Positions 16,658 to 25,998 are shown, counted from the first letter of the stretch. The stretch: DNA of 29,541 nt from Candidatus Acetothermia bacterium (GCA_003650505.1 QMQL01000001.1:1-29541), one strand, 5' to 3'. Notes: generated by a model not told the origin, from the letters alone. A program made the numbers and translations.

Positions 16658-16837
16658 ATGGAGCAACTCGATCGCTCACCGATTCCATTGTGTAGCCCGT
16701 CATCTCAAGGACCGCTCCGTTTCACTCAGATAAAAACCGGGTCTTCTTTCGTGTTTCCGATTAGAGTGGGCCTCTCCATTTCGGTTGTAGATCCCCGTAA
16801 GAAAGAGCCGGTTCGAGGTGACTCATCATGGAGTTAG
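16658..16837 (+). pseudogene. Possible degenerate GntR wHTH remnant or small ORF
   Basis: MEQLDRSPIPL resembles GntR/HutC N-termini (the intact GntR here has QLVGDSQIPLY), with later QIKTG and VRG fragments. The HTH is not intact. Confidence 0.25.
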
Positions 16838-16891
16838 CTTTCGGATCTGATTTTGCTTGGACGATTCATTGAACAGGGAGGAGATGGCGCT

Positions 16892-18445
16892 TTGTCCGGA
16901 CCGGAAGTGGTTCTAGCACACGATTTTGGGACAACAGGGAACAAGGCGACCTTGTTCACCCCGGAAGGCGAGCTGTTGGCTGCCCATTACCTTCCGTATT
17001 CCACGGAGTATCCAAAGCCCGGTTGGGTCGAACAGGATCCCGATGATTGGAAGAGGGCGTTCGTCAGCTCGACCAAAGCGGTCCTTGAAAAGGGAGGGAT
17101 TCGCCCTGAAGAGCTCGTTGCGGTTACGTTCAGCGCGCACATGCTGGGCTGTATCCCGATGGGGAAGGATGGCAGCGTTCTGCGGAAGAAAGCCATCCTT
17201 TGGCCTGATCATCGGAGCGAGGAGCAAGCGAGGGTCATCGAAGAGCGGATCGGCTGGGAGGACTTCTACCACCGGACCGGTGGTGGCCTTGAGTTGGCCC
17301 TTTACCCTGCGGCTAAGTTGCTTTGGTTGAAGGAGAACGAGCCTGAGCTATACCGCCGGACGTACGTGTTCCTCGGTACCAAGGATCTGCTTGTACATTG
17401 GTTGACCGGGCGCTTCGTCACCGACTATTCGGATGCCTCAAATACCGGTCTTCTAGATCTTGCTCGTCGACGTTGGGCCGAGGACTACCTCGAGGTGCTC
17501 GGCCTGGACCGGGGTAAGCTGCCGGAGGAGATCCTTCCGAGTGACGAGGTTGTCGGCCGGATTTCGCGTGAAGCTGCGAAGGAAACAGGCCTTGCTCCCG
17601 GGACGCCCGTCGTTCTCGGGGGAGGTGACGTCCCTTGCGCAGCCGTTGGAGCCGGGGTTGTGAGCGAGGGAACTGCGTACAACTACATCGGTTCAGCTTC
17701 TTGGACGGCGGTAGCCGGAACTAAAGGGGTGTTCGATCCGGGGATGCGGCCGTTTACCCTCTGTCATCTCGTCCCCGGGATGTACGTGAGTCAATTGGCG
17801 ACCTATTCGGCGGGGGTTGTTCACGAGTGGTTTAAGGAGCATATCTGCGTAGCCGAGACGCGTGATGCAAAACGCCAGGGTATCAGCCCTTATGAGCTTA
17901 TGGATGGAGCTGTCGCCGGTTCTCCGCCGGGGGCAAATGGGCTGATATTCTTGCCCTACATGCGCCCGGGCGGCGCTCCATTCCACGATCTTGATGCTCG
18001 CGCCGCTCTTCTCGGGTTGGAGCTTCGACATACGCGGGCGGACGTGTTGAGAGCCGTCCTTGAAGGGATCAGCCTGAACATCGGCCTTGTGTGTAATGCC
18101 CTAGAGAAAGGGGCCGGTAAGCCGTTCAAAGAGATCCGCGCGATCGGCGGCGGAGCCAAGAGCCGCGTCTGGTTGGGGATACTTACAAGTGTGCTCGGGA
18201 AACGTGTCACAACGCTTACGAGCTCCCAGGAGGCGAACTGCCTTGGGGCTGCGATGACGGCCTATGTGGCATTGGGGCGGTATGAAGGGTTCGAACAGGC
18301 TGCTGCCGGGATGATCACCGTTGGTGAGCAGATCGACCCTGATCCTGCGAGCGTTTCAGTCTATGAATCCCTGATACCTCTGTTCCGCCGAGCGTACAAA
18401 CAGATCGCTCCTATCCATATGGAGTTAGGACATCTCAATGAATAG
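16892..18445 (+). CDS. FGGY-family carbohydrate kinase (xylulokinase-like)
   Basis: VLAHDFGTTGNKA, ILWPDHRS, TDYSDAS.TG, GGGDV.CAAVGAG, RAVLEGI, GGGAKS..W. TTG 16892 lies ~10 nt behind GGAGG. Confidence 0.9.
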   Translation: MSGPEVVLAHDFGTTGNKATLFTPEGELLAAHYLPYSTEYPKPGWVEQDPDDWKRAFVSSTKAVLEKGGIRPEELVAVTFSAHMLGCIPMGKDGSVLRKKAILWPDHRSEEQARVIEERIGWEDFYHRTGGGLELALYPAAKLLWLKENEPELYRRTYVFLGTKDLLVHWLTGRFVTDYSDASNTGLLDLARRRWAEDYLEVLGLDRGKLPEEILPSDEVVGRISREAAKETGLAPGTPVVLGGGDVPCAAVGAGVVSEGTAYNYIGSASWTAVAGTKGVFDPGMRPFTLCHLVPGMYVSQLATYSAGVVHEWFKEHICVAETRDAKRQGISPYELMDGAVAGSPPGANGLIFLPYMRPGGAPFHDLDARAALLGLELRHTRADVLRAVLEGISLNIGLVCNALEKGAGKPFKEIRAIGGGAKSRVWLGILTSVLGKRVTTLTSSQEANCLGAAMTAYVALGRYEGFEQAAAGMITVGEQIDPDPASVSVYESLIPLFRRAYKQIAPIHMELGHLNE

Positions 18446-18567
18446 AGATAAAAAGCATATGCATACATTACATCCATTAGGGAAAAAGGAGGTGATGTGT
18501 AGCATAGAGTGCAAAAATGCTCGGTAGTACAGGCCGGATAACCGATTGAGATTATGGAGGTGCTTCA

Positions 18568-19539
18568 ATGAATTGGAAGAAGGTTACAGTCGTTCTTGCT
18601 CTGGGGTTGATCGCCCTATCGCCGTTGGTCGCTTGGGCGGCCGAGCGTACGATCGGTGTAGGGGCACAGGGGCTTTCTAGCCCGGTTCCGAGTCGGATGG
18701 CTAACGAGTGGCGGAAGATATGCGAAGAGAACGGATGGGAACTTCTGACCGTTGACGGTGGCGGCGACATGCAGAAGGTCATCGACGCCGCGCTCACCTG
18801 GATTCAGATGGGCGTCGACGCGATCCACATCTTCTTCCCGCCCGCCGGTTCGATCGGGGAGCTGGCCGATGCTTGTGCTGCGGCTGGGATTCCGTTGATC
18901 ACCACCGGTTATGGCTGTGGTCAGGGTCAAACGTTCGATGTCGGCATGAGCGACTTCGAGGGCGGAGTCAAGATGACGCAGTGGTTGTTCGACGCCCTCG
19001 GTCGAAAGGGTGAAATCGCGGTGTTGCACTGGGATCAGGTTCCATGCCCGCGCCAGCGTTACGCGATGCTGGAAGCGATGCTCCCCGAATACCCCGAGAT
19101 CAGCGTTGTGGCGAGCCACGTTGCGAAATTCCCCGGGGCCGGGGAGGACTGCCGCGCAGCGATGGAGAACATTCTCCTTGCCCACCCCGATATTGAAGGG
19201 GTTTGGGGCGCCTGGGATGAACTGACGATGGGAGCCGTTCAGGCGATTGAGGCCGCAGGGCGCGACGACATCATCTGCGTCGGGATCGACGGCAACAAGT
19301 CGACCTTCGATGCTATCCGAAGCGGTGGCCCCTTCAAGATGACCATTGCCCCGGATTGGGAGGGTGGAGTCGTCATTGCGGTCGAGCAATTGGAAACGAG
19401 AATCTGGCAAGGGGAGCCGCCCCTGCAAACCCAGTTTTACATCGATATTCCGATTGTAACTGCAGCGAACTGCCCGCCTTCAGGCTGGTTCTACGGTGAG
19501 TGGGTCGCTGCCGGGATGCCGGACGAACCCAAACAGTAA
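18568..19539 (+). CDS. Sugar ABC transporter substrate-binding protein (RbsB-like, periplasmic binding protein type I)
   Basis: Signal peptide MNWKKVTVVLALGLIALSPLVAWA; GMSDFEGG, RKGEIAVL, MENILLAHPDIEGVWGAWDE, VGIDG. GGAGGTG SD. Confidence 0.88.
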   Translation: MNWKKVTVVLALGLIALSPLVAWAAERTIGVGAQGLSSPVPSRMANEWRKICEENGWELLTVDGGGDMQKVIDAALTWIQMGVDAIHIFFPPAGSIGELADACAAAGIPLITTGYGCGQGQTFDVGMSDFEGGVKMTQWLFDALGRKGEIAVLHWDQVPCPRQRYAMLEAMLPEYPEISVVASHVAKFPGAGEDCRAAMENILLAHPDIEGVWGAWDELTMGAVQAIEAAGRDDIICVGIDGNKSTFDAIRSGGPFKMTIAPDWEGGVVIAVEQLETRIWQGEPPLQTQFYIDIPIVTAANCPPSGWFYGEWVAAGMPDEPKQ

Positions 19540-19544
19540 TCAAT

Positions 19545-19585
19545 AGGCGGAGGCTCCAACCATCTAGGAATGGGGCCTCCGCTTT
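19545..19585 (+). terminator. Stem-loop after the SBP gene (partial terminator or 3' stabiliser)
   Basis: GCGGAGGCTCCA (19547-19558) pairs with TGGGGCCTCCGC (19571-19582): 12 bp with one G-U, followed by TTT. Confidence 0.7.
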
Positions 19586-19618
19586 GGTTAGTAATATTCG
19601 GAAAGGTATAGTCCATTC

Positions 19619-21145
19619 ATGAACACAGGCGGGTCGGATCTTCTACGTCTCGAGATGAAGGGGATCACCAAGGTGTTCCCCGGGACCGTGGCTTGTGAGG
19701 CGATAGACTTCGACCTTCGCGCCGGCGAGATTCATGCCCTTGTAGGGCAGAATGGGGCGGGCAAGTCGACCCTCATCAGGGTTTTAGCCGGTATATATCC
19801 GCGTGATGCCGGCGAGATTTTCATAGAGGGTGAGCCTGTGGAGCATCTGACCCCATGGACTGCCCATGATCTGGGGATGCGCTTCATCCATCAGGAGCTG
19901 AACCTTGTACCCCAGTTTAATGTTGCTGAGAACATCGTCCTTGGCGACCCGTACCCGTTCCGGTTCGGCCGGTTGATCGATTGGAGGCGGTTGAACCGGC
20001 ACGTCGGGAGCGTCCTCGCCGATCTTGGTATTTCTATCGACCCCCGCCGATCGGTGCAGTCCCTCAGCGTTGCGGAGCAATGGATGGTGGCGATTGCACG
20101 CGCCCTCTACTCCCGTGGCCGAGTCCTCGTGATGGATGAGCCGACCTCTTCCTTGACCCGGGAAGACGTGCAAGAGTTGTTCGACCTTGTTCGGTCGTTG
20201 GTAGCCAAAGGAACCTCCGTGATCTACATCTCGCACCGGCTTGAGGAGGTCTTTGAGCTTGCTCAACGCGTAACGGTCCTCAGAGATGGCCATAAGGTGA
20301 CTACGACAGACGTGGACTCAATCGATCTGAGCGAGTTAGTTCGCCTTATGGTAGGAGGGTCGCCGCAGAAGTTGTATCCGACTATAGAAGAGGATCGGTC
20401 GGTTGGGAAGCCCGTCCTTCAAGCGGATGAGCTCACCAGCATTGATGGCCGATTGGTCGATCTGAGCTTAGAGGTTCATGAACGCGAGGTTGTCGGTCTG
20501 ACCGGTCTCTTGGGGGCCGGGCATAACGAATTTGCGGATTCGCTCTTCGGAGTAGGGGCGCAGTTCTCTTCCGGACAGGTGCTGCTGGACGGTAAGCCGT
20601 ATGAGCCGCGAGGGGCTCGCGACGCAATCGGTCGCGGGATAGGGCTCGTCCCTGCTGAACGGAGGAGTCAGGGCCTCATAGGAGAGATGCGGATTTGGGA
20701 GAACATAATCCTTGCGCATCTTCGGCATTTTCTTATAGACCCGATCACGCAGATCATCCGGCATAGGGAAGCGAATAGAGAGGCGCTTGAGCAGATGAGG
20801 TCACTTCGGATCGTGGCGGTCGGTCCCGAACAAGAGGTGCGGTATCTGAGCGGGGGGAACCAACAAAAGGTTGTTCTTGCCAAATGGCTCCTCCGTCGTC
20901 CGCGTCTCCTTGTTCTAAACGAGCCGACGCGCGGGATTGATGTCTCGGCCAAGGCAGAGATCTACGGGTTGGTCCGGCGGCTTGCCGATGAAGGGAGCGG
21001 CATTCTGTTCGTCTCTACGGAAGCTGAGGAATTGGCAGGGGTCTGCGATCGGGTTCTCATACTTCGCCAGGGGAGGCTCGTCGCGGAGATCCCGCGGCGC
21101 GAGCTCTCCGCTCAGCGGATTATGGAGGCTTGTTATGGAGGATGA
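19619..21145 (+). CDS. Sugar ABC transporter ATP-binding protein (RbsA/MglA type, two NBDs)
   Basis: GQNGAGKSTL, IHQELNLVPQ..VAENI, LVMDEPTSSL, YISHRLEEVF, VTVLRDG, LSGGNQQKVVLAKWL, NEPTRGID. Confidence 0.95.
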   Translation: MNTGGSDLLRLEMKGITKVFPGTVACEAIDFDLRAGEIHALVGQNGAGKSTLIRVLAGIYPRDAGEIFIEGEPVEHLTPWTAHDLGMRFIHQELNLVPQFNVAENIVLGDPYPFRFGRLIDWRRLNRHVGSVLADLGISIDPRRSVQSLSVAEQWMVAIARALYSRGRVLVMDEPTSSLTREDVQELFDLVRSLVAKGTSVIYISHRLEEVFELAQRVTVLRDGHKVTTTDVDSIDLSELVRLMVGGSPQKLYPTIEEDRSVGKPVLQADELTSIDGRLVDLSLEVHEREVVGLTGLLGAGHNEFADSLFGVGAQFSSGQVLLDGKPYEPRGARDAIGRGIGLVPAERRSQGLIGEMRIWENIILAHLRHFLIDPITQIIRHREANREALEQMRSLRIVAVGPEQEVRYLSGGNQQKVVLAKWLLRRPRLLVLNEPTRGIDVSAKAEIYGLVRRLADEGSGILFVSTEAEELAGVCDRVLILRQGRLVAEIPRRELSAQRIMEACYGG

Positions 21146-21148
21146 TCG

Positions 21149-22201
21149 ATGGCCCGGTTGATGCAGCTCCGAACTGACCTCAAGCAGCGCTTTCAGGATG
21201 TCGCACTTAAGGGTGGGCGATATGGAACGGTGATCGGCCTTCTGATTCTGTTCGCTGTTTTTACGGCGCTGAAACCCACTATTTTTCCGACCGTTCGGAA
21301 TTTTATAAACATCTTCAACCAGATTTCGCTTCTCGGGATCTGCGCTGCTGGATTGACGGTTTGCCTCGTCATGAACGAGTTCGATCTCTCCATCGGCGCA
21401 ATAGCCACGCTCGCGGCTGTCCTTACAGCCGGTTGGCTGCCGCATATGCCGCTTCTCGCCGGTGTAGTCGCCGTTCTAGTCGTTTCCACCATTATCGGGT
21501 TGATCAACGGATTGATCATAACGTCTCTGCGCGTCTCCTCGTTCATGACTACACTCGGAATGATGACGGTCTTGACGGGGTTCAGCTATTGGTATACAAG
21601 CGGGAGCGGAGCGATCCTCTATAGCGGGATCCCAGAGGGTTTCTTGCATATTGGCAAGGGAACGTTCTTTTACATACCGTACCTCGTTTTTTTTATGATT
21701 GGTATTCTTCTTGTGCTGCATATAGTGTTGAATCACACTATGACGGGGCGGCGGATGTATGCTGTTGGGGGGAACCCGGAGGCGGCTCGGTTCGGGGGGA
21801 TCCCGATCGCACGCCTGAAGATCCTTGGATTTATGATATCTGGGATGTTAGCCGGTCTGACGGGGATTCTGCTGGTAGCACGTCTGGGACTCGCTGAGCC
21901 GACCATCGGGGATCGGTTTCTATTCGACTCGTTTACGGTTGCGTTTATCGGTGCGGCGTCGATCCGCGTCGGGCGGTTTCACATCCTTGGGACACTGATC
22001 GGAACATTGATCCTTGGAACGATACTGAACGGGTTCACCCTCCTCGACGTTCCCTATCACTTACAGCTGGTCGTTCAAGGGGCGATCCTGATCGCGGCTG
22101 TGACGTCAGCGGGCTTATGGCAAGGGCTGCTGCAATCGGTTCGTCTACGTGATGTCCGCCGGGGGTTACCGGGCGGAAGAAGGGAGAGCGAGGATGCCTG
22201 A
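21149..22201 (+). CDS. Sugar ABC transporter permease (RbsC type)
   Basis: EFDLSIGA, GLINGLII..LRVSSF..TLG, TGRRMYAVGGNPEAARFGGI; multiple transmembrane segments. Confidence 0.93.
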   Translation: MARLMQLRTDLKQRFQDVALKGGRYGTVIGLLILFAVFTALKPTIFPTVRNFINIFNQISLLGICAAGLTVCLVMNEFDLSIGAIATLAAVLTAGWLPHMPLLAGVVAVLVVSTIIGLINGLIITSLRVSSFMTTLGMMTVLTGFSYWYTSGSGAILYSGIPEGFLHIGKGTFFYIPYLVFFMIGILLVLHIVLNHTMTGRRMYAVGGNPEAARFGGIPIARLKILGFMISGMLAGLTGILLVARLGLAEPTIGDRFLFDSFTVAFIGAASIRVGRFHILGTLIGTLILGTILNGFTLLDVPYHLQLVVQGAILIAAVTSAGLWQGLLQSVRLRDVRRGLPGGRRESEDA

Positions 22202-23189
22202 AGAGCTTTCTTCCCGCTCTAAGGAGCACTGGAAGAGGACGATCAGCTTTGTTTCCGGTATCAGACGGTATGGGATCATTGTGTCATTGTTCTTGCTGTT
22301 CCTATGTTTTTCCCTATTGCGCCCGGATGTTTTTCCTACGTTGGGCAATCTGATCTCCATACTGAAGCAGATTGCGCTCCTCGGGATCATGTCGGCCGGC
22401 TTGACCATATCCCTCGTTCTCGGCGACTTCGATCTCTCAGTGGCTGCAGTTGCGACGTGGAGCGGGGTGATGATCGCTGCGTTGCTTCCCCAGATGAGCA
22501 TGTGGCTAGCAATCCCGATTGTGCTCGCAATGGGGGTGGGGATCGGACTGATCAATGGGTTTTTCTCTGCAGCCGTTGGGATTTCGCCGTTCATCGTAAC
22601 ACTAGCGACCCAGACGATGTTGCGCGGCTTGACCCTCTGGTATACGGGGGGATATTCGCTCTATTCTGGGATTCCGCGGGGGTTTATAATGGTTGCTAGA
22701 GGGACGTTTCTGAGCATTCCCTATCTTGTGTACATTATGCTGTTTATATACATTGTGGTCTATGTTTTGGCGAATCACATGGCGTTCGGTAAAAGGTTGT
22801 ATGCCGTGGGAGGGAACCCTACGGCCGCCCGATACTCCGGCATACGCGTTGTTAGGGTTCACCTCGTTGCATTTATGATATCATCCGTTCTTGCTGCCCT
22901 CACAGGGATTCTATTGGCGGCGCGTCTCTCTTCCGGTCAACCGCGTGCCGGCGAGGGGCTTTTGCTCAGCGCCTTTGCCGCCTGTTTTCTCGGGGCGACT
23001 ACCTTTCGGATCGGACGGTTCAACGTTCTCGGGACGTTGATCGGCGTGCTCTTCATCGGTACGCTAAACAATGGATTGGTCATCCTCGGAGTCCCCTTCT
23101 ATCTGCAATACGTCATTCAAGGAGCGGTTCTAATCATTGCGATCGCAGCGTCCGGATTGGCTCGTTCCAGCATCCGGGCCTCCGTATAG
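22194..23189 (+). CDS. Sugar ABC transporter permease (RbsC type), second copy
   Basis: GDFDLSVAA, GLINGF....GISPFIVTLA, FGKRLYAVGGNPTAARYSGI. ATG 22194 overlaps the previous stop region. Confidence 0.93.
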   Translation: MPEELSSRSKEHWKRTISFVSGIRRYGIIVSLFLLFLCFSLLRPDVFPTLGNLISILKQIALLGIMSAGLTISLVLGDFDLSVAAVATWSGVMIAALLPQMSMWLAIPIVLAMGVGIGLINGFFSAAVGISPFIVTLATQTMLRGLTLWYTGGYSLYSGIPRGFIMVARGTFLSIPYLVYIMLFIYIVVYVLANHMAFGKRLYAVGGNPTAARYSGIRVVRVHLVAFMISSVLAALTGILLAARLSSGQPRAGEGLLLSAFAACFLGATTFRIGRFNVLGTLIGVLFIGTLNNGLVILGVPFYLQYVIQGAVLIIAIAASGLARSSIRASV

Positions 23190-23244
23190 TAGAAGCTCTT
23201 TAGGTCATGCTGTCGATGTAATGTCAAGAGTTTGAGATCATAGG

Positions 23245-23273
23245 TTGACGGGCGATCCGATGGGAGATATTTT
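23245..23273 (+). promoter_or_regulatory. sigma70-type promoter for the GntR regulator
   Basis: TTGACG (23245-23250), 17 nt, TATTTT (23268-23273), ATG at 23283. Confidence 0.55.
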
Positions 23274-23282
23274 AGAGGGTAC

Positions 23283-24080
23283 ATGAATATGGATGGAGAT
23301 TACGCTGAGCAGTTGCTGGTGGACTTTGCTGAACGGACCAAAGTGCAGCTGGTCGGAGACTCACAGATTCCGCTCTATCACCAGTTAGCGAGGGTACTGC
23401 AAAAGTTCATTCAGAATGATTTCCTTCAGGCCGGGGATCGGTTCCCGTCCGAGGAAGCTGTGGGGGCCTGTTTCAACGTCAGCCGTCCGACCGTTAACAA
23501 GGCGATTCAAGAGTTGCTGGCGGATGGATGGCTCAACCGGGTGCGGGGAAGAGGAACCTTCATCAATAAGGATCCGCACGTTCAGCTTTCATTATTGAAC
23601 GACAAACTGAGCCTTGTAGAGCAATTCCCTCGCCATAAGTTCAAGTATCGCTTGATCCACAAAAGGATTGAAGCCCCCATTCCCCGAATCAATCAGATCT
23701 TGGGACTTGAGCCAGATGAGCCTCTCCTCTACCTCCGGCGGTTGCGTCTGATGGATGAGCAACCGTTGCTCGTCTGCGATTCCATCCTTCCGGCGGAGCG
23801 GTTCCCCGGATTGGGAGAACATCCGTTTGTGAATGGGAGCTTGTACGCCACGCTGGATCAGGAATACGGATGCCCTGTCTTGCGTTCGGAGCGATCTGTC
23901 GAGGCTTCTGAGGTGGTCGAATGCGAAGTGGCCACTTTGCTGAATGTCCCGTTGCTTAGCCCAATCTTATTGTTGACAGGGATTGCGTTTGCAGAGGGGG
24001 ATGAGCCCGTCGAGTACATTAAATCATATTTAAGAGAAGGGGTGAGCCTGAAAAGTACGGTTCAGCGCAAACCCACTTAG
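23283..24080 (+). CDS. GntR-family transcriptional regulator, HutC subfamily (wHTH plus UTRA)
   Basis: IPLYHQL, GDRFPSE....FNVSRPTV..AI..L...GWL.RVRGRGTF; C-terminal LRRLRL.DEQP, GSLYATL..EYG, E.IKSY typical of UTRA. Confidence 0.92.
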   Translation: MNMDGDYAEQLLVDFAERTKVQLVGDSQIPLYHQLARVLQKFIQNDFLQAGDRFPSEEAVGACFNVSRPTVNKAIQELLADGWLNRVRGRGTFINKDPHVQLSLLNDKLSLVEQFPRHKFKYRLIHKRIEAPIPRINQILGLEPDEPLLYLRRLRLMDEQPLLVCDSILPAERFPGLGEHPFVNGSLYATLDQEYGCPVLRSERSVEASEVVECEVATLLNVPLLSPILLLTGIAFAEGDEPVEYIKSYLREGVSLKSTVQRKPT

Positions 24081-24119
24081 CTACGAGGTGTGATCGCCTT
24101 CGAGCCGCTTTTCGCAGCC

Positions 24120-25097
24120 TTACCTGTTTAGAGCCTCTGGGTTTAGGATGTTGTCAGGCTGTCTTCCATGAAAGAAGGCGATGACGGTTTCAGCGCACAC
24201 CCTGTCCATGCATTCCATCGCTTCAGTTGTATAGGCAGCGATATGTGGAGTGGCGAGGACGTTATCGAGGGGAAGGAGGGGGCTCTCCCTCGGGGGTTCG
24301 GTGGAAAATACGTCGACCCCAGCGGCTGCGATCCGGCGCTCGGAGAGGGCTTCGGCCAGGGCAGATTCGTCGACGAGCTCACCGCGGGCGATATTGATCA
24401 AGATCGCCGTCGCTTTCATCATCGCGAACTCCTCTTTACCCAAGAGATTGCGCGTCTCGGGAAGGAGAGGGACGTGCAAGGTCACGATATCGGCCTGTGA
24501 AAGGAGTTCTTCAAGTTTCACGTACCGGACCCCGAAGTCCTTGACGAGGGATGTATCTTGATAGAGATCATAGGCAAGGATCGGGCTTCCGAACCCGGCC
24601 AAGCGGCGGATCACCGCTTGGCCTATTCTCCCGGTACCAACAACCCCGACCGTTTGGCGACCGAGCTCGTGCCCGAGATAACGGTTCCATCCCCCAGCTC
24701 TGGTCGATTCCGCCGCTGGGACTATCTGACGGAGGAGGCTGAGCATGACGGCGATGGTGAAGTCGGCGACAGCGTCGGTGTTCGTGCCAGGGGCATTTGC
24801 GACCGCGATTCCCAATGATGTTGCGGCGTCGAGGTCGATGTTGTCGACCCCGACGCCGTGTTTCATGATCAAGCGGAGGTTCTCCGACGAGGCCAGGGCC
24901 TCCGCTGTAATCGGCTCCGCTCCGGAGATGATGACGTCCGGCTTATCGCGAGCAACGATCGATTTCATCGTTTCTTCGTCGAGGGGGCGCTCCTCCGGGG
25001 CGATCCGACGGATCTCAAATCCCGCTTTGGAGAGGAGCTCTTCACCAACTGAAACGATGTTCGCGAAAGACCTGGAACCGATGAGCACTCTCGGCAT
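24120..25097 (-). CDS. D-isomer-specific 2-hydroxyacid dehydrogenase (SerA/glycerate dehydrogenase-like, no ACT domain)
   Basis: GVGVDNID, NAPGTNT.AVA, VGVVGTGRIG, LINIARG (Arg), DVFSTEP (Glu), TPHIAAYT (His). About 325 aa. Confidence 0.9.
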   Translation of the reverse strand: MPRVLIGSRSFANIVSVGEELLSKAGFEIRRIAPEERPLDEETMKSIVARDKPDVIISGAEPITAEALASSENLRLIMKHGVGVDNIDLDAATSLGIAVANAPGTNTDAVADFTIAVMLSLLRQIVPAAESTRAGGWNRYLGHELGRQTVGVVGTGRIGQAVIRRLAGFGSPILAYDLYQDTSLVKDFGVRYVKLEELLSQADIVTLHVPLLPETRNLLGKEEFAMMKATAILINIARGELVDESALAEALSERRIAAAGVDVFSTEPPRESPLLPLDNVLATPHIAAYTTEAMECMDRVCAETVIAFFHGRQPDNILNPEALNR

Positions 25098-25113
25098 AGG
25101 AGCCCTCCCCCAC

Positions 25114-25998
25114 CTAGAATGAGACCCCAAGCTGTTCAAACTCAGCTACGGCCTTGTTCACGAGGCTTTCTTCCGGCAATACGAAAGGTAGGCGTGGGTA
25201 ACCGGCGTTGACGCCGCGTCTGCGCAGGATCGCCTGAATCATTGCGAGAGTCGGCGCGTAGTGCATGACGTCCCGCATCGCTGAGACTTTTTTCTGTAGC
25301 GGTCGGGCTTTATCTAAGTCCCCTGCCTTAACGGCGTCGAAGAGCTCAACCACCGGCTCAGGGATTGCATTCGCTAGACCCGAGACCGATGCGAGGGCTC
25401 CCATCCCGACCGCGGGGAATATCAGCGCCTCGGTGCCGATCACCGGGATGAAGTCGTCCTTCTTCACCTTCCACAGGTAGTTGTAGAAGACCATGATGTC
25501 GAAGCTCGAATCCTTTACCCCGCAAACCCCCAATTGGGCCAAGCGGTTGAGGAATTCCGCTGAGATGGATACCCCTGTGGTCTTAGGGTTGTTATAGACG
25601 AAGACGGGGATCGATACCGCTTCGACTAAGGCCTTGAAGTGACGCTCCACCTCCGCCTCCTTGAACCCGTAGTAGATAGGCGGGACGGAGGCTACAGCCG
25701 TTGCGCCCGCCTTTTCAGCGTGTTTGGCCAATTCTACTACCGAACGGGTCGATGCCCCGCCAACATGCATGATCACGGGGACACGGCCGTTGACCTCGTC
25801 GATGACCACCTCGGCAACCCTCTTCCGCTCTTCAACGTTCATCAGGGGGCCCGACCCATACGTACCGCAGGGATAGAATCCCTGGACCTTGTCCACCAAG
25901 AATGAAACGATCTCACGTTGTGCTTTTTCGTCGAACGATCCGTTCTTGTCGAATGCTGTGAGTAACGGCGGGATTATTCCCGAGATTTTAGCTTTCAT
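25114..25998 (-). CDS. DHDPS/NAL/KDG-aldolase superfamily class I aldolase or dehydratase, probably not a true DapA
   Basis: GTYGS carboxylate-binding loop, PPIYY, VYNNP (Tyr), GVKDSS (Schiff-base Lys). It lacks the DapA Arg138 (YNNPKTTG). AAGGAGG SD. Confidence 0.9.
   Translation of the reverse strand: MKAKISGIIPPLLTAFDKNGSFDEKAQREIVSFLVDKVQGFYPCGTYGSGPLMNVEERKRVAEVVIDEVNGRVPVIMHVGGASTRSVVELAKHAEKAGATAVASVPPIYYGFKEAEVERHFKALVEAVSIPVFVYNNPKTTGVSISAEFLNRLAQLGVCGVKDSSFDIMVFYNYLWKVKKDDFIPVIGTEALIFPAVGMGALASVSGLANAIPEPVVELFDAVKAGDLDKARPLQKKVSAMRDVMHYAPTLAMIQAILRRRGVNAGYPRLPFVLPEESLVNKAVAEFEQLGVSF

Noticed and set aside
16884-16916. Short out-of-frame ORF MALCPDRKWF overlapping the FGGY start
   Set aside because: Its ATG is only ~2 nt from the GGAGG SD; the in-frame TTG at 16892 has proper spacing.
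20880-20945. Asn instead of Asp in the second Walker B of the ABC ATPase (LNEPTRGID)
   Set aside because: The C-terminal NBD of RbsA/MglA-type ATPases is commonly degenerate; not distinctive.
23199-23227. Minus-strand TTGACA (23227-23222) as an antisense promoter into the permease
   Set aside because: No plausible -10 at 16-18 nt; the hexamer is better explained as part of the candidate operator.
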